Below, piece by piece: positions 9,462-19,160 of a stretch of DNA of 64,000 nucleotides. The notes below the pieces were generated by a model that was given only the letters and a program-made list of their open reading frames with translations, searched no databases and was not told where the DNA came from. Position 1 is the first letter of the stretch; each line of letters opens with the position of its first letter. Made by a program: the position numbers and the translations under genes. Source of the stretch: an uncultured Acidobacteriota bacterium (GTDB lineage Bacteria > Acidobacteriota > Thermoanaerobaculia > Gp7-AA8); contig CAWGHO010000002.1 in the NCBI GenBank assembly GCA_963822445.1, positions 2,048,001-2,112,000 of the forward strand. The letters run 5' to 3'.

Positions 9462-9905
9462 CTAGTTCGTCTCCTCTTCGTGCTCGCTGGGCGTCAGCTC
9501 GTCCTTCGCGGGAACGCACGTATCGGCCGGGAGCGGCTCGGTCACTTTAAGACAACCCACGACCGTGTCGACGAGGAGCTCCACGTCGAACGGCTTGTGG
9601 ATGGTGCCGACCACGAACGTCGTGTCGAAGTTGCGAGGCTCGATTCCGGCCGTCAGGACGAGGACGAGCGGACGCGTGGACGCGGATTCATCGGCGATGT
9701 GGGCGAGGACCTCGTATCCGCTCATGAGCGGCATCATCAGGTCGAGGAGCAGCAGCGAGTAGCGGCATTCACCCAGTCTCGCCACGGCTTCCACACCATT
9801 CCGCGCTGTTTCCACCCGCAGGCCGCGTCGTCTCAGAACCGTCGACAGCAGCGCACGGATCGCGTCGTCGTCATCGACGACAAGGATTCGTTTTTCGGAT
9901 TTCAT
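9462..9905 (-). CDS. Stand-alone response regulator receiver protein
   Basis: ILVVDDD, LLLDLMMP, VLT, HKPF. Confidence 0.88.
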   Translation of the reverse strand: MKSEKRILVVDDDDAIRALLSTVLRRRGLRVETARNGVEAVARLGECRYSLLLLDLMMPLMSGYEVLAHIADESASTRPLVLVLTAGIEPRNFDTTFVVGTIHKPFDVELLVDTVVGCLKVTEPLPADTCVPAKDELTPSEHEEETN

Positions 9906-9972
9906 TCGCCCAGCCCGCACACGCGACTACAAATAAAATTGAGGAGCAAACAGCGTTCCGAAACGCGCCGAA

Positions 9973-10524
9973 TTACTTGATGAGGCGGGAGATAGTTCGA
10001 AATTCGTCCGTTCCCGACACACCCACGAGCTCGAACAGCGCCATTTCCGTCGAGCTGAGCTTCGCACCTTCCGAAATCATGCGACGGAGGGCGATGTCCC
10101 GGTTCTCCGGCGTGCGCGAGGAGACGGCATCCGCGGCGATGGTGACTTCGAGCCCGGTGCCGAGCAGGTCCATCACGGTCTGATAGACGCACACATGCGT
10201 TTCGACGCCGGCGATCACGATTTGCCGCCGATTCATCGCTCCGAGTTGCGCCGAAAACGCGGCACAGCCGTGCGCGGAGAAACAGTCCTTTTCGATCGGG
10301 CGGTAGCCGCTGGTTTCATCGAGCGCGGTGCGAATCAAATCGACGGTCGGCCCGAGTCCCTTCACGTACTGCTCGGTGAGGATGACCGGAATGCCGAGGA
10401 TGTGTGCGCCGCGGATCAGGCGTTCGATGTTGCGGAGGATGGAGTCCGCGCCGTCGATGACCGGCATCAGCTTTTGCTGGACGTCGATGATGACGAGGAT
10501 GGTGTTGGACCGTTGCAATTGCAT
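9973..10524 (-). CDS. Isochorismatase family cysteine hydrolase
   Basis: IIDVQ, TEQY, IEKDCFS, GVETHVCVYQT, DAVSSR. Confidence 0.9.
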   Translation of the reverse strand: MQLQRSNTILVIIDVQQKLMPVIDGADSILRNIERLIRGAHILGIPVILTEQYVKGLGPTVDLIRTALDETSGYRPIEKDCFSAHGCAAFSAQLGAMNRRQIVIAGVETHVCVYQTVMDLLGTGLEVTIAADAVSSRTPENRDIALRRMISEGAKLSSTEMALFELVGVSGTDEFRTISRLIK

Positions 10525-10544
10525 GCTCGCTCTCGCGTAACTGT

Positions 10545-10672
10545 AATCCTTCGCCGCAAAGCGGCGGAGGATCAACGGTTACACCGGCAGGATGTAGCCC
10601 AACGACGCTGCACGTTAGGCCGCATCCTGCCGGTGTAACCGTTGATCCTCCGGCGCTGCGCGCCGAAGGATT
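10545..10672. repeat. 128-bp compound palindrome (REPIN/MITE-like)
   Basis: 30-bp perfect inverted repeat 10565-10594 / 10623-10652; each outer end carries a further ATCCT...AGGAT hairpin. Confidence 0.85.
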
Positions 10673-11589
10673 TAGACGACGCGATGCAAAGGCGACCCCC
10701 CCTGCAAGTACCGCAGCACGTTCGTCGCCGCGATCCGCGCCATCGCATTCCGAGCCTCCTCGGTAGCCGACCCGATGTGCGGCAGGATCACCACGTTCTT
10801 CATCGACAGCAGGCGCGGGTTCACCTCCGGCTCGTGCTCGTACACGTCGAGCCCCGCGCCGCGAAGCTGACCGCTGTCGAGCGCATCGCAGAGCGCGTCT
10901 TCATCCACGAGCGCACCGCGGGAGGTGTTGATCAGGTACGCGCCCGGCTTCATCTTCGCCAGAGCTTCAGCACTGATGACGTGGTGCGTCTCGCGCGACA
11001 ACGGCGCGTGAATGGAAATGACGTCGCTCGTCGCCAGCAGCTCATCGAGCGGTTCACCGCGACGCACGCCGACGATCTCCATCCCGAACGCGCGGGCGCG
11101 AGCGGCAACCGCGGTGCCGATTCTCCCCATGCCGAGGATGCCCAGCTTCTTTCCCTGCAGCGACGAGCCGAGAAGCTTGAGCGGCTCCCACTCGCACCGG
11201 CCTGTCGCGCGAAGCTCGGCGTCTCCTTCGACGATCCGTCGCACCACGGCCAGCATCAGCGCCATGGTCAGGTCGGCGGTGGCCTCGGTCAGCACGCCGG
11301 GCGTGTTTGTCACGGCAATCCCCAGCTCCCGCGCCGCGTCGATGTCGATGTTGTTGTAGCCGACGGCGTGGTTCGAAACGATGCGCAGATTCGGATTGGC
11401 TTCGAGGACGCGCCGCGTGATCGGATCCTGCAGCAGAGTGATCGCGCCATCGGCATCCGCCAGCAGCATGATCACGTCGTCTTCCGATCGCCCATGCTCG
11501 GTCGGATGCTCGATCACGTCGAAATGCGGCGCGAGGATGTCCCGCGCGACGTCTGGAAAATCAGCGGTGAGCACGACCGTGTATCTCAT
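10672..11589 (-). CDS. D-2-hydroxyacid dehydrogenase (glyoxylate reductase/D-glycerate dehydrogenase-like)
   Basis: VGYNNID, TNTPGVLTEATAD, GMGRIG, INTSRG, LDVYEHEP, PHIGSAT. Confidence 0.92.
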   Translation of the reverse strand: MRYTVVLTADFPDVARDILAPHFDVIEHPTEHGRSEDDVIMLLADADGAITLLQDPITRRVLEANPNLRIVSNHAVGYNNIDIDAARELGIAVTNTPGVLTEATADLTMALMLAVVRRIVEGDAELRATGRCEWEPLKLLGSSLQGKKLGILGMGRIGTAVAARARAFGMEIVGVRRGEPLDELLATSDVISIHAPLSRETHHVISAEALAKMKPGAYLINTSRGALVDEDALCDALDSGQLRGAGLDVYEHEPEVNPRLLSMKNVVILPHIGSATEEARNAMARIAATNVLRYLQGGSPLHRVV

Positions 11590-11750
11590 CGCTCGCGGGT
11601 GAGGATGCGGCCGAGGATGAAGAGGAACCCGCCGATGGCGAGGAGCTTCACTTCCGTGCGCACGTCGCCCTTCGCCAGGCCGTAGGAGAGAGCGATCGGC
11701 AGGAGAACCAGCGCCGAAAGCTGGAGGAGGCGGCCGAAGAGCGCGCTCAT
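11586..11750 (-). CDS. Small two-helix membrane protein (54 aa, absent from ORF track)
   Basis: MSALFGRLLQLSALVLLPIALSYGLAKGDVRTEVKLLAIGGFLFILGRILTRER; ATGA overlap with the downstream dehydrogenase start. Confidence 0.7.
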   Translation of the reverse strand: MSALFGRLLQLSALVLLPIALSYGLAKGDVRTEVKLLAIGGFLFILGRILTRER

Positions 11751-11760
11751 GACGGCCGCT

Positions 11761-11869
11761 CTCGGAGCGCCGCCGGCTCGGCGGCTGTATCGCCGGCGGC
11801 TCGCCGGCTCTCGGGATGGCCGGCGCGGGACGCCGGCGGACCAGCCGGCGGGGACGCCAGCGCTCCGAG
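11761..11869. repeat. GC-rich compound palindrome (REP-like, GGAGCGC family)
   Basis: Terminal inverted repeat CTCGGAGCGC...GCGCTCCGAG with internal GCCGGC hairpins. Confidence 0.7.
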
Positions 11870-11895
11870 GTGAGCAGCGACGGACACGGTGCCGC

Positions 11896-14430
11896 CTACT
11901 CTTTCGCCACGATGGCCAGCAGATCGTCCTCGAACAATCCCGCCGGCCGCTCGACGATGCGGCCGACCTCGCGGTCGCCGCGGTAGTAGATGAACGTCGC
12001 GATCTTCTGCACGTCCTTGCCGGCGATGAGCGCGGCCGGCTGCTGCTTGGAGCGGTCGACCGCGACGAACGTCGCCGGCAGCTCGATGCCGAACTGCGAC
12101 TTCAGATCCTCGCGGATGCGCAGGAACTTCGGCACTTCGCGCACGCTGTCCGGGCACCAGGTGCCCATGTAAACCTCCACGCGATCGCCGGCCCGCACGT
12201 ACGACTTCATCATCTCGACGACGGTGAGGTCGGGCTTGTACGCATTGCGCGCGTCCTCGTACTCCGGCACCCGAGAGACGATGCGCTCGGCCGTCGTCGG
12301 GCCGACCTCCAGCGGAAGGGAAACGTTGGCTACGCCGGCATCCGCACCCGGCGCAGCCTTTTCGTCGATGGCGATCGTCGTGACGCGGTCGCCGCGCTCA
12401 GTCTGATCGACGACCGAGTTCATCCCGTCGAACACCCGCGCGAAGATCGTGTAGCCGCCGTCGAGATGCGGCTGCGGCGAGTGGGTGATGAAGAACTGCG
12501 AGCCGCCCGTGTCCGGACCGGACAGGGCCATGCCCACCGCGCCGCGCGTGTACTTCTGCAGGTTGATCTCGTCGCGAATCGCGTAGCCCGGGCCGCCGCT
12601 CATGTCGTTGCGCGGATCGCCGCCCTGAATGACGAAGTTGGGGACGACGCGCATGAAGGACGTGTTGTCGAAGTACTTCTTCTTCGCGAGCTGCGCGAAG
12701 TTCCAGGCCGTCATCGGCGCGTCCTGCGCGAGCAGCACCAGATCGATCGTGCCGCGGGTCATGTGAATCGTGGCCGTGTGCGGCTGCCGCGACCAGCGCA
12801 CGATCTCCTCGTACTCCGCCGGCGTCCGCGTGACCGCGAGCGGCGTGAACGCCGGGAGCCGCTTGAACTGATCGCGCATCGCCTCGGCCGCAATCCTGCG
12901 CACGACCGGATCGCGATCGTCGAGCAGCGACTGCAGAAAGTCGCCGCGGGCGTCGAACTCGATCTTGGAGATGGCCGAGATGATCGAAAGCCGCGCGTCG
13001 TTCATCGCGTCGCTCTGCTCGCGCGTTTCCGCGTCCCGGAGCGTCTGCAGCATCGCGGTCGCGGGCTCGCTCTTCAGCTTCGTGTATTTCTCGATCGCGT
13101 TTGCGCGAACGACCACATCCGGATCGGTGATCGCCTTGCGGATGATGTCCGCTTCCGCGTCTGCGCTTTCGTCGGGGATGGCTCCCACGATGCCCGCGCG
13201 CACGAGCGCGTCAGGATTGCTGTTCCAGTACTTTGAGCGGATGGCCGGACCATGCGCTGTGGCCGCCGTTGCTTCGACTATGCGCAGCCGTGCCCACGAC
13301 GAGAGATCGTCGCCGAGGCTCTTGAAGATCTCGGTGTCGGGGGCGAAGTGCTTGGCGATCGCGCCCGCGGCGAGCTCCCGCTCCCACTGCGTGCCGTTCC
13401 GCAGGATCGACTGCAACCGCGCCCGCGCCGTTTCGTTGGTCTCGCCGTAGTAGCCGACCAGATCGATGATCGAAGCTCGGACGCCGGCATCCGGATCCTC
13501 GGTCACAGCGAAAATCCGCGGCAGATCTTCCGCGCGGAGCACTCCGCGATTCTTTTCGGCGATGCGAGCCGCGGCGATTGCCGCGTTGGTGCGAACCCAG
13601 GGATGCGCGTCGCCGAGGGCGGTGATCATCAGCGGCATCGAGCTGGCGGCGCCGATGCGGCCCAGGGCTGTCGTGGAGTAGGCGCGGGTGAGGACGTTTC
13701 GCTCGTTCATCAGCAGCTCGAGCTGCGCGCGTGCCGGCTCGAACGGCCGCCGCGCCAGCGCGTACGCCGCTTCCTGCCGCACGGCGTCGGATGCATCGCC
13801 GAGCGCGGCCATGGCCGCGGTGCTGGCGGTGTCGTTGTCGAAGCGGAAGACGTAGCGGATGGCTCGCGCGCGGATGCCCTCGGGCCACGGCGCGCGGGTC
13901 AGGAGCTGATAGCGGTTCCAGATCGATGCGGCGGCCGTCTTGTCCAGCGCGGCGAGCTTCGACAATCCCTCGACGGCCTCGGCGGCCACGCCGGCATCGG
14001 CGTCCGTCGTCTGATAGAACAGCGTGCCCGCGCCCTGCGGGTCGCCGATCTCGCCGACGGCGAAGGCAACAGCTTCGCGCACGCGGCGATCGGGGTCGCC
14101 GGCCAGCTTGCCGAGGTCGTCGATGCCTGCCCGTTTCTCGAACGGCGGGTCGAAGATGAGGCTTCTGTTCGCATCGATGAACGCGTGCTGGCCGATGCGA
14201 GCGAGGGCCAGGGCGATCCGCCGCCGGTGCGTCGGGTTCGGGTGAGCGATCCAGCGGTCGATCAGGGGCTGATCGATCTCGCGGCGATCCTCGAGCGCCA
14301 GAATGCGCGCCTCTTCTTCGACCGTCATTCCGTACGGCTCCGCGGCGGCAGGCGGTGCGGTGGCCGGGGGCGGTGTGGCGGTGGTGCAGGCCAGGGTGAG
14401 CATCAGGGCGAAGGGGACGGTGTTGCGCAT
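11896..14430 (-). CDS. Lipoprotein fusion: HEAT repeats + cyclophilin-type PPIase + thioredoxin-like domain
   Basis: Lipobox LTLAC; repeated D.D..VR..A HEAT units; FMRVVPNFVIQGGDP...GSQFFITH...HLDGGYTIF; C-terminal GTWCPDS. Confidence 0.88.
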   Translation of the reverse strand: MRNTVPFALMLTLACTTATPPPATAPPAAAEPYGMTVEEEARILALEDRREIDQPLIDRWIAHPNPTHRRRIALALARIGQHAFIDANRSLIFDPPFEKRAGIDDLGKLAGDPDRRVREAVAFAVGEIGDPQGAGTLFYQTTDADAGVAAEAVEGLSKLAALDKTAAASIWNRYQLLTRAPWPEGIRARAIRYVFRFDNDTASTAAMAALGDASDAVRQEAAYALARRPFEPARAQLELLMNERNVLTRAYSTTALGRIGAASSMPLMITALGDAHPWVRTNAAIAAARIAEKNRGVLRAEDLPRIFAVTEDPDAGVRASIIDLVGYYGETNETARARLQSILRNGTQWERELAAGAIAKHFAPDTEIFKSLGDDLSSWARLRIVEATAATAHGPAIRSKYWNSNPDALVRAGIVGAIPDESADAEADIIRKAITDPDVVVRANAIEKYTKLKSEPATAMLQTLRDAETREQSDAMNDARLSIISAISKIEFDARGDFLQSLLDDRDPVVRRIAAEAMRDQFKRLPAFTPLAVTRTPAEYEEIVRWSRQPHTATIHMTRGTIDLVLLAQDAPMTAWNFAQLAKKKYFDNTSFMRVVPNFVIQGGDPRNDMSGGPGYAIRDEINLQKYTRGAVGMALSGPDTGGSQFFITHSPQPHLDGGYTIFARVFDGMNSVVDQTERGDRVTTIAIDEKAAPGADAGVANVSLPLEVGPTTAERIVSRVPEYEDARNAYKPDLTVVEMMKSYVRAGDRVEVYMGTWCPDSVREVPKFLRIREDLKSQFGIELPATFVAVDRSKQQPAALIAGKDVQKIATFIYYRGDREVGRIVERPAGLFEDDLLAIVAKE

Positions 14431-14514
14431 GGGCGCGAATGATAGGCCAGGTGTCAGAAAGCTCGTCAGTGCCCGGAGAGATCCCGCGTCTGCGCGCGGG
14501 ATAAACTTCGCATC

Positions 14515-15156
14515 GTGAGTACGTCCACTGTCGTGGTCGAGGGGCTGGGCCGCCGCTACGGCCGCCGGTGGGCGCTCGCCGACGTTTCCTTCGAGGTTCC
14601 CGCCGCGTCCGTGGTGATGGTTGCCGGGCGCAACGGGGCGGGCAAGTCGACGCTCTTCCGCGTGCTGGCCACGGCCATCCATCCCGATCGCGGCCGCGCG
14701 TCAGTTGGTGGATTCGACGTCGTCCGCCATCGCGAAGACGTCCGCCGGATGACGGCCATCCTCAGCCACCACAACTACCTGTATGAGGCGCTGACCGCCC
14801 GCGAGAACCTCGAAGTCGTTTGCAATCACCTCGAGTCCTCGCACTCGCAGATTCCGGCGGTGCTGGAGAAGGTAGGACTCACCGATCGGGCGAACGATCT
14901 CGTCTCCACGTTTTCCGCGGGCATGCGCAAGCGCGTGTCGCTCGGGCGGGTGCTCCTGCAGAACCCGACGGTCGTCTTGCTGGACGAGCCTTACGGCGCG
15001 CTCGATCCTTCCGGATTTCAGATGGTCGATGACTTTGTCGCCTCGCTGAAGCAATCCGGAGCGACGGTGCTGATGGCCACGCATCAGGTCGAGCGGGTGG
15101 CGAAGCTGGCGGACATGACCCTGGTGCTCGAAGCGGGGCGGGTGCTTTCGCGATGA
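14515..15156 (+). CDS. ccmA: Cytochrome c maturation ABC ATPase
   Basis: GRNGAGKST, FSAGMRKR, LLDEP; first gene of the ccm operon. Confidence 0.92.
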   Translation: MSTSTVVVEGLGRRYGRRWALADVSFEVPAASVVMVAGRNGAGKSTLFRVLATAIHPDRGRASVGGFDVVRHREDVRRMTAILSHHNYLYEALTARENLEVVCNHLESSHSQIPAVLEKVGLTDRANDLVSTFSAGMRKRVSLGRVLLQNPTVVLLDEPYGALDPSGFQMVDDFVASLKQSGATVLMATHQVERVAKLADMTLVLEAGRVLSR

Positions 15157-15809
15157 TCGTCGCCCTCCGCAAAGAGTTGCTCCTCCAGTGGCGCACCCGC
15201 GGCCAGATCATGGCCGTGTTCGTCTTCGGCGCGGCCGCGCTACTTCTCTTCAGCTTCGCCATCGGACCGAATGCCCACGCCCTGCGCACGTTCTCCGGCG
15301 GCTTCCTCTGGCTGGGTCTGCTGCTTTCGTCCACGCTCACGCTCGCCGAGAGCTTTCACGCGGAGATGGAAAATCGGGCTCTCGAAGGGCTGCTGCTCCT
15401 GCCCTCGAATCCGCGCGCGCTCTACTACGGAAAAGCCATCGCCAACTGGCTGCAGCTCACGCTGCTCGGGATCGCGCTGGTGCCGGTGATGGTCGTCCTC
15501 TACGACGCAGGCACTCTGCAACTGTTGAAGCTGCTTGTGGTGATCATTCTCGGAACAGCCGGTTTGTCAGCGCCCGGAACCCTGTACGCGGCCATGACCG
15601 CGCAGGTCCGGGCGAAACAGACCCTCCTCCCTCTGCTGTTGTTCCCGCTGATCGTCCCGGCCCTGCTCGCGTCCGTCAAAGCCACCTCGCTGGTGATTCT
15701 CGGCGACCCGATGGGGGAGTCGAACTCCTGGATCGGCCTGTTGTGCGCGTTCGATCTGATTTACTGGTCGCTGTGCGGTCTGCTATACCCAAGGGTGATT
15801 GAAGAGTAG
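15153..15809 (+). CDS. ccmB: Cytochrome c maturation permease
   Basis: Six TM helices, F..E.E...LEGLLL, LLPLLLFPLIVP. Confidence 0.92.
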   Translation: MIVALRKELLLQWRTRGQIMAVFVFGAAALLLFSFAIGPNAHALRTFSGGFLWLGLLLSSTLTLAESFHAEMENRALEGLLLLPSNPRALYYGKAIANWLQLTLLGIALVPVMVVLYDAGTLQLLKLLVVIILGTAGLSAPGTLYAAMTAQVRAKQTLLPLLLFPLIVPALLASVKATSLVILGDPMGESNSWIGLLCAFDLIYWSLCGLLYPRVIEE

Positions 15810-15813
15810 AACT

Positions 15814-16560
15814 ATGGATATCCCGACTCCCGCCACCAGCCGCACGCCGTACGTTCTTCTCGCGCTGGGCGTGTTGTGCCTGCTCGTCGGCTCGTACTGG
15901 GGCCTCTTCGTCGCGCCGAAAGAGCAGTTCATGGGCGATGTGCAGCGAATCATGTACGTGCACGTCCCCACGGCCTGGAACTGGATGCTGGCCGTGCTCT
16001 TCGCGACCTACGCGGCCATCGCCTTCCTCTTCACCAACAACCTGAAATGGGACGCGCGCAACGAAGCCGGTCTGGAGGTAGGGACGCTCCTCGCGGCGCT
16101 GCTCTGCTGCCAGGGCGCGATATGGGCCAAGCCGACCTGGGGAGTGTGGTGGGACTGGGACCCGCGACTGACCACGACCGCCGTGCTGCTCTTCGCGTTT
16201 CTGGGGATCCTCGCCCTGCGCAAGTTCGTCGAAGATCCGAATCGCCGCGCGATCTGGTCCGCGGTGGCAACGATCATCGCCGCGGTCGACCTGCCCATCG
16301 TCTACATGTCGGTGAAGTGGTGGAACTCCCTCCACCAGCAGCAATCCACGCCGCAAACAGTGTCGTCGGCGTTTCACGCGCCGCTGCGGATCAACGCGTT
16401 CGGGGTGCTTTTCCTGATGATCGGTTTTCTGATGTTGCGCTCAAGGCTGGCGACGTACCGGTTGCACGAGGAGCTCGGTGTCATGCCGAGCGAAGTCGAG
16501 GCACCTGGCGGCGCCCGGCCGGATCCCTCGACTGCGCTCGGGATGACGGAGGACGCATGA
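15814..16560 (+). CDS. ccmC: Heme exporter CcmC
   Basis: YVHVP, WWD motif GAIWAKPTWGVWWDWDPRLT, WWNSLHQ. Confidence 0.95.
   Translation: MDIPTPATSRTPYVLLALGVLCLLVGSYWGLFVAPKEQFMGDVQRIMYVHVPTAWNWMLAVLFATYAAIAFLFTNNLKWDARNEAGLEVGTLLAALLCCQGAIWAKPTWGVWWDWDPRLTTTAVLLFAFLGILALRKFVEDPNRRAIWSAVATIIAAVDLPIVYMSVKWWNSLHQQQSTPQTVSSAFHAPLRINAFGVLFLMIGFLMLRSRLATYRLHEELGVMPSEVEAPGGARPDPSTALGMTEDA
16480..16547. repeat. REP doublet (GTCATCC family) in-frame in the ccmC 3' end
   Basis: GTCATGCCGAGCGAAGTCGAGGCACC ... GATCCCTCGACTGCGCTCGGGATGAC (22/26 inverted match). Confidence 0.8.
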
Positions 16561-16691
16561 CCGATGGAATCGTCGTCGGAGGCTGGGAGTTCGTCTGGGC
16601 AGCGTACGGTCTGACCGCGACGGCCCTTCTCATTTATGGTGTGAGCCTCATCCTCAGACTCCGGCAAGCGAAGAACCATGCAAATCACTGA
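16557..16691 (+). CDS. ccmD: Heme exporter protein D
   Basis: MTDGIVVGGWEFVWAAYGLT... single TM then basic tail; between ccmC and ccmE; ATGA overlap. Confidence 0.8.
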   Translation: MTDGIVVGGWEFVWAAYGLTATALLIYGVSLILRLRQAKNHANH

Positions 16692-17160
16692 GACAGACCT
16701 CGCCCGCAAAAAGACGCGCCGGTTCATGTTCGGCGCAATCGCCATCGCCCTCGGCGCTTTCGCCGTCATCGCCTACAGCGGCATCAGCAAGAACCTCGTC
16801 TACTACTGGACGCCCTCCGACCTGAAAGCGAACGGCGACAAGGCTTACGGCGCGAACATCCGCCTCGGCGGCATGGTCGTCCCCGGCTCGATCAGGAAGC
16901 TCGGCGGATCGGCCGTCGAATTCGACGTGAAGGACGCCACGGACATCGTTCGCGTGAAGACCTCCAGCGTGCCGCCGCAGATGTTCCGCGAGAACATCGG
17001 CGTCGTGGTCGAGGGGACGATGATGCGCGGCGGCTACTTCCAGTCGAACCGGCTCATGGTCTCGCACAACAATGAGTACAAGCCCCCGGAGAAGGGGCAT
17101 CCGGTCGACCGCAAAGAGCTCGAGCGCATGATGAAATCCGTCGAACAAAACCAGTCATGA
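16678..17160 (+). CDS. ccmE: Heme chaperone CcmE
   Basis: YYWTPS, IRLGGMV, PQMFRE..GVVVEG, heme-binding HxxxY (SHNNEY). Confidence 0.95.
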   Translation: MQITETDLARKKTRRFMFGAIAIALGAFAVIAYSGISKNLVYYWTPSDLKANGDKAYGANIRLGGMVVPGSIRKLGGSAVEFDVKDATDIVRVKTSSVPPQMFRENIGVVVEGTMMRGGYFQSNRLMVSHNNEYKPPEKGHPVDRKELERMMKSVEQNQS

Positions 17161-19160
17161 TCCCTGCCCTCGGACGCATCCTCATCCTCGGATCCCTCCT
17201 CGCGGCCGCGGCAGGCTGCATTCTCGGATTCGCCGCCGGCCGCACCCGCTCACTCGATGGTCTGAAGTGGGCGCGCCGGTTCGCGTACCTCTACTCCGCA
17301 CTGATCATCGGCGCGGCCCTGCTGATGGAGTACGCGCTGCTGACGCACGACTTCTCCGTCGGCTACGTCGCGCAGGTCGGCTCGCGCGCGGTTCCGACCT
17401 GGGTCACCATCGTCAGCCTCTGGTCGTCGCTCGAAGGATCGATCCTCTTCTGGGGCCTCGTCCTCGGGGCGTACATCGCCCTGGCCACGTACTTTTCGCG
17501 CGATCGCTACACCGAATATCAGCCCGATGCGATCGGCGTGTGGCTCGGCTGCGCGGCGTTCTTCAGCTTCCTCATCGCCGGCCCTGCCAATCCGTTTCAC
17601 ACCGTGAGTCCGGTGCCGCTCGACGGACCGGGGCCCAATCCGCTGCTGCAGAACCACCTGCTGATGGCCATCCACCCGCCGTTTCTTTACCTCGGCTACG
17701 TCGGCATGACCATCCCCTTCGGCTTCGCCTGCGCGGCGCTGCTGAAAGGACGGATGGGACACGCCGTGCTCAAGCCGCTGCGCGAGTCGCTGATGCTGCC
17801 CTGGATCTTCCAGACCATCGCCATCATGCTCGGCGGCTGGTGGGCGTACGAGGTTCTGGGGTGGGGCGGGTACTGGGCGTGGGATCCGGTCGAGAACGCG
17901 TCGCTGCTGCCGTGGCTCACCGCGACGGCCGCGCTGCACTCGATCATCGTCGTAGAGCGCCGCGGCATTCTCAAAGGCTGGACGGCGACGCTGATTCAGG
18001 CGACGTTCCTCCTGGTCATCCTCGGCACGTTCATGACCCGCTCGGGCGTGTTCAACTCCGTGCACTCTTTCACCCAGAGCGCGATCGGCCCGACCATCCT
18101 CGGATTTCTCGCGGTGACGCTGCTCTTCTCCGTCGCGCTGCTCGCCTTCCGCATCGACAAGCTCGAGGCGGAAGGGAACATCGACGGGGCGATGAGCCGC
18201 GAGGGGATGTTCCTCGTGAACAACCTTCTGTTCGTGCTGCTCACCTTCACGGTGTTGATCGGCACGGTCTTCCCGCTGATCGTCGAGGCGGTGAAGGGCA
18301 AGCAGATGAGCGTCGGCCGCCCTTACTTCGACAGCATGGTCGTGCCGATCGGCGTGATCCTGCTGTTCGTGCTCGGCGTCGGTCCCGCGCTTCCGTGGGG
18401 ACGCGCGACGCGCGAGCAGCTCAAGAAAGCATTGCTGCCGCCGATTGCCACGGCGACGGTCTTCGCCATCCTCGGCTACATTCTTGGAATCCGTTCGCCG
18501 TGGACGGTGGTGACGATGTTCTTCGGCGGCTACACGGCTCACGTCACGCTGAAGGAGATGTTCGTCCCGATGATGCAGCGGCTGCGGCGCGGTGAATCAG
18601 CAGCCACGGCCTTCGTCGACGGACAGCTTCGCCGCGGACGCCGCCGGTTCGGCTCGTACATCGTGCACGCGTCGATGGTCGTGGTGATCATCGCCATCGC
18701 CGTCAGCAGCTCGATGCGCCAGGAAACGGAGCTGCACTTCACGAAGGGGCAGACTCAGAAAGTCTCGGGCTTCGAGCTGACGTTCGTTGGTGCCGAGGAG
18801 CGGCAGGAGCCTCACCGGCTTTCGACGATGGCGCGGTTCAACGTGATGCGCGATGGCAAGCAGGTGGCCACGCTGATCCCGCGCATGAACCAGTACCGGA
18901 TGATGCGCGAGCCCATCGGAACGCCGGACGTGCACACAACCGCCGGCGGCGACTTTTACATCGCGCTCAGCAACATCGACCCCATCGCGCAGACGACGAG
19001 CGTCACGGTCTTCGTCGCGCCGATGATCGTCTGGATCTGGATCGCGGTGATCTTCATGGGCATCGGCGGACTGATCTCCCTGATTCCTTCGCGACGCTCC
19101 GCTGTCATCCTGAGCGAAGCGAAGGACCCCCTGCCGTCAGCAGCTCCCGAGACCGCATGA
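17157..19160 (+). CDS. ccmF: Cytochrome c synthetase CcmF
   Basis: IHPPFLYLGY, WAYEVLGWGGYWAWDPVENAS, TRSG..SVHSF. Confidence 0.96.
   Translation: MIPALGRILILGSLLAAAAGCILGFAAGRTRSLDGLKWARRFAYLYSALIIGAALLMEYALLTHDFSVGYVAQVGSRAVPTWVTIVSLWSSLEGSILFWGLVLGAYIALATYFSRDRYTEYQPDAIGVWLGCAAFFSFLIAGPANPFHTVSPVPLDGPGPNPLLQNHLLMAIHPPFLYLGYVGMTIPFGFACAALLKGRMGHAVLKPLRESLMLPWIFQTIAIMLGGWWAYEVLGWGGYWAWDPVENASLLPWLTATAALHSIIVVERRGILKGWTATLIQATFLLVILGTFMTRSGVFNSVHSFTQSAIGPTILGFLAVTLLFSVALLAFRIDKLEAEGNIDGAMSREGMFLVNNLLFVLLTFTVLIGTVFPLIVEAVKGKQMSVGRPYFDSMVVPIGVILLFVLGVGPALPWGRATREQLKKALLPPIATATVFAILGYILGIRSPWTVVTMFFGGYTAHVTLKEMFVPMMQRLRRGESAATAFVDGQLRRGRRRFGSYIVHASMVVVIIAIAVSSSMRQETELHFTKGQTQKVSGFELTFVGAEERQEPHRLSTMARFNVMRDGKQVATLIPRMNQYRMMREPIGTPDVHTTAGGDFYIALSNIDPIAQTTSVTVFVAPMIVWIWIAVIFMGIGGLISLIPSRRSAVILSEAKDPLPSAAPETA
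19104..19128. repeat. Single REP (GTCATCC family) in-frame in the ccmF 3' end
   Basis: GTCATCCTGAGCGAAGCGAAGGACC, translated as VILSEAKD. Confidence 0.75.
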
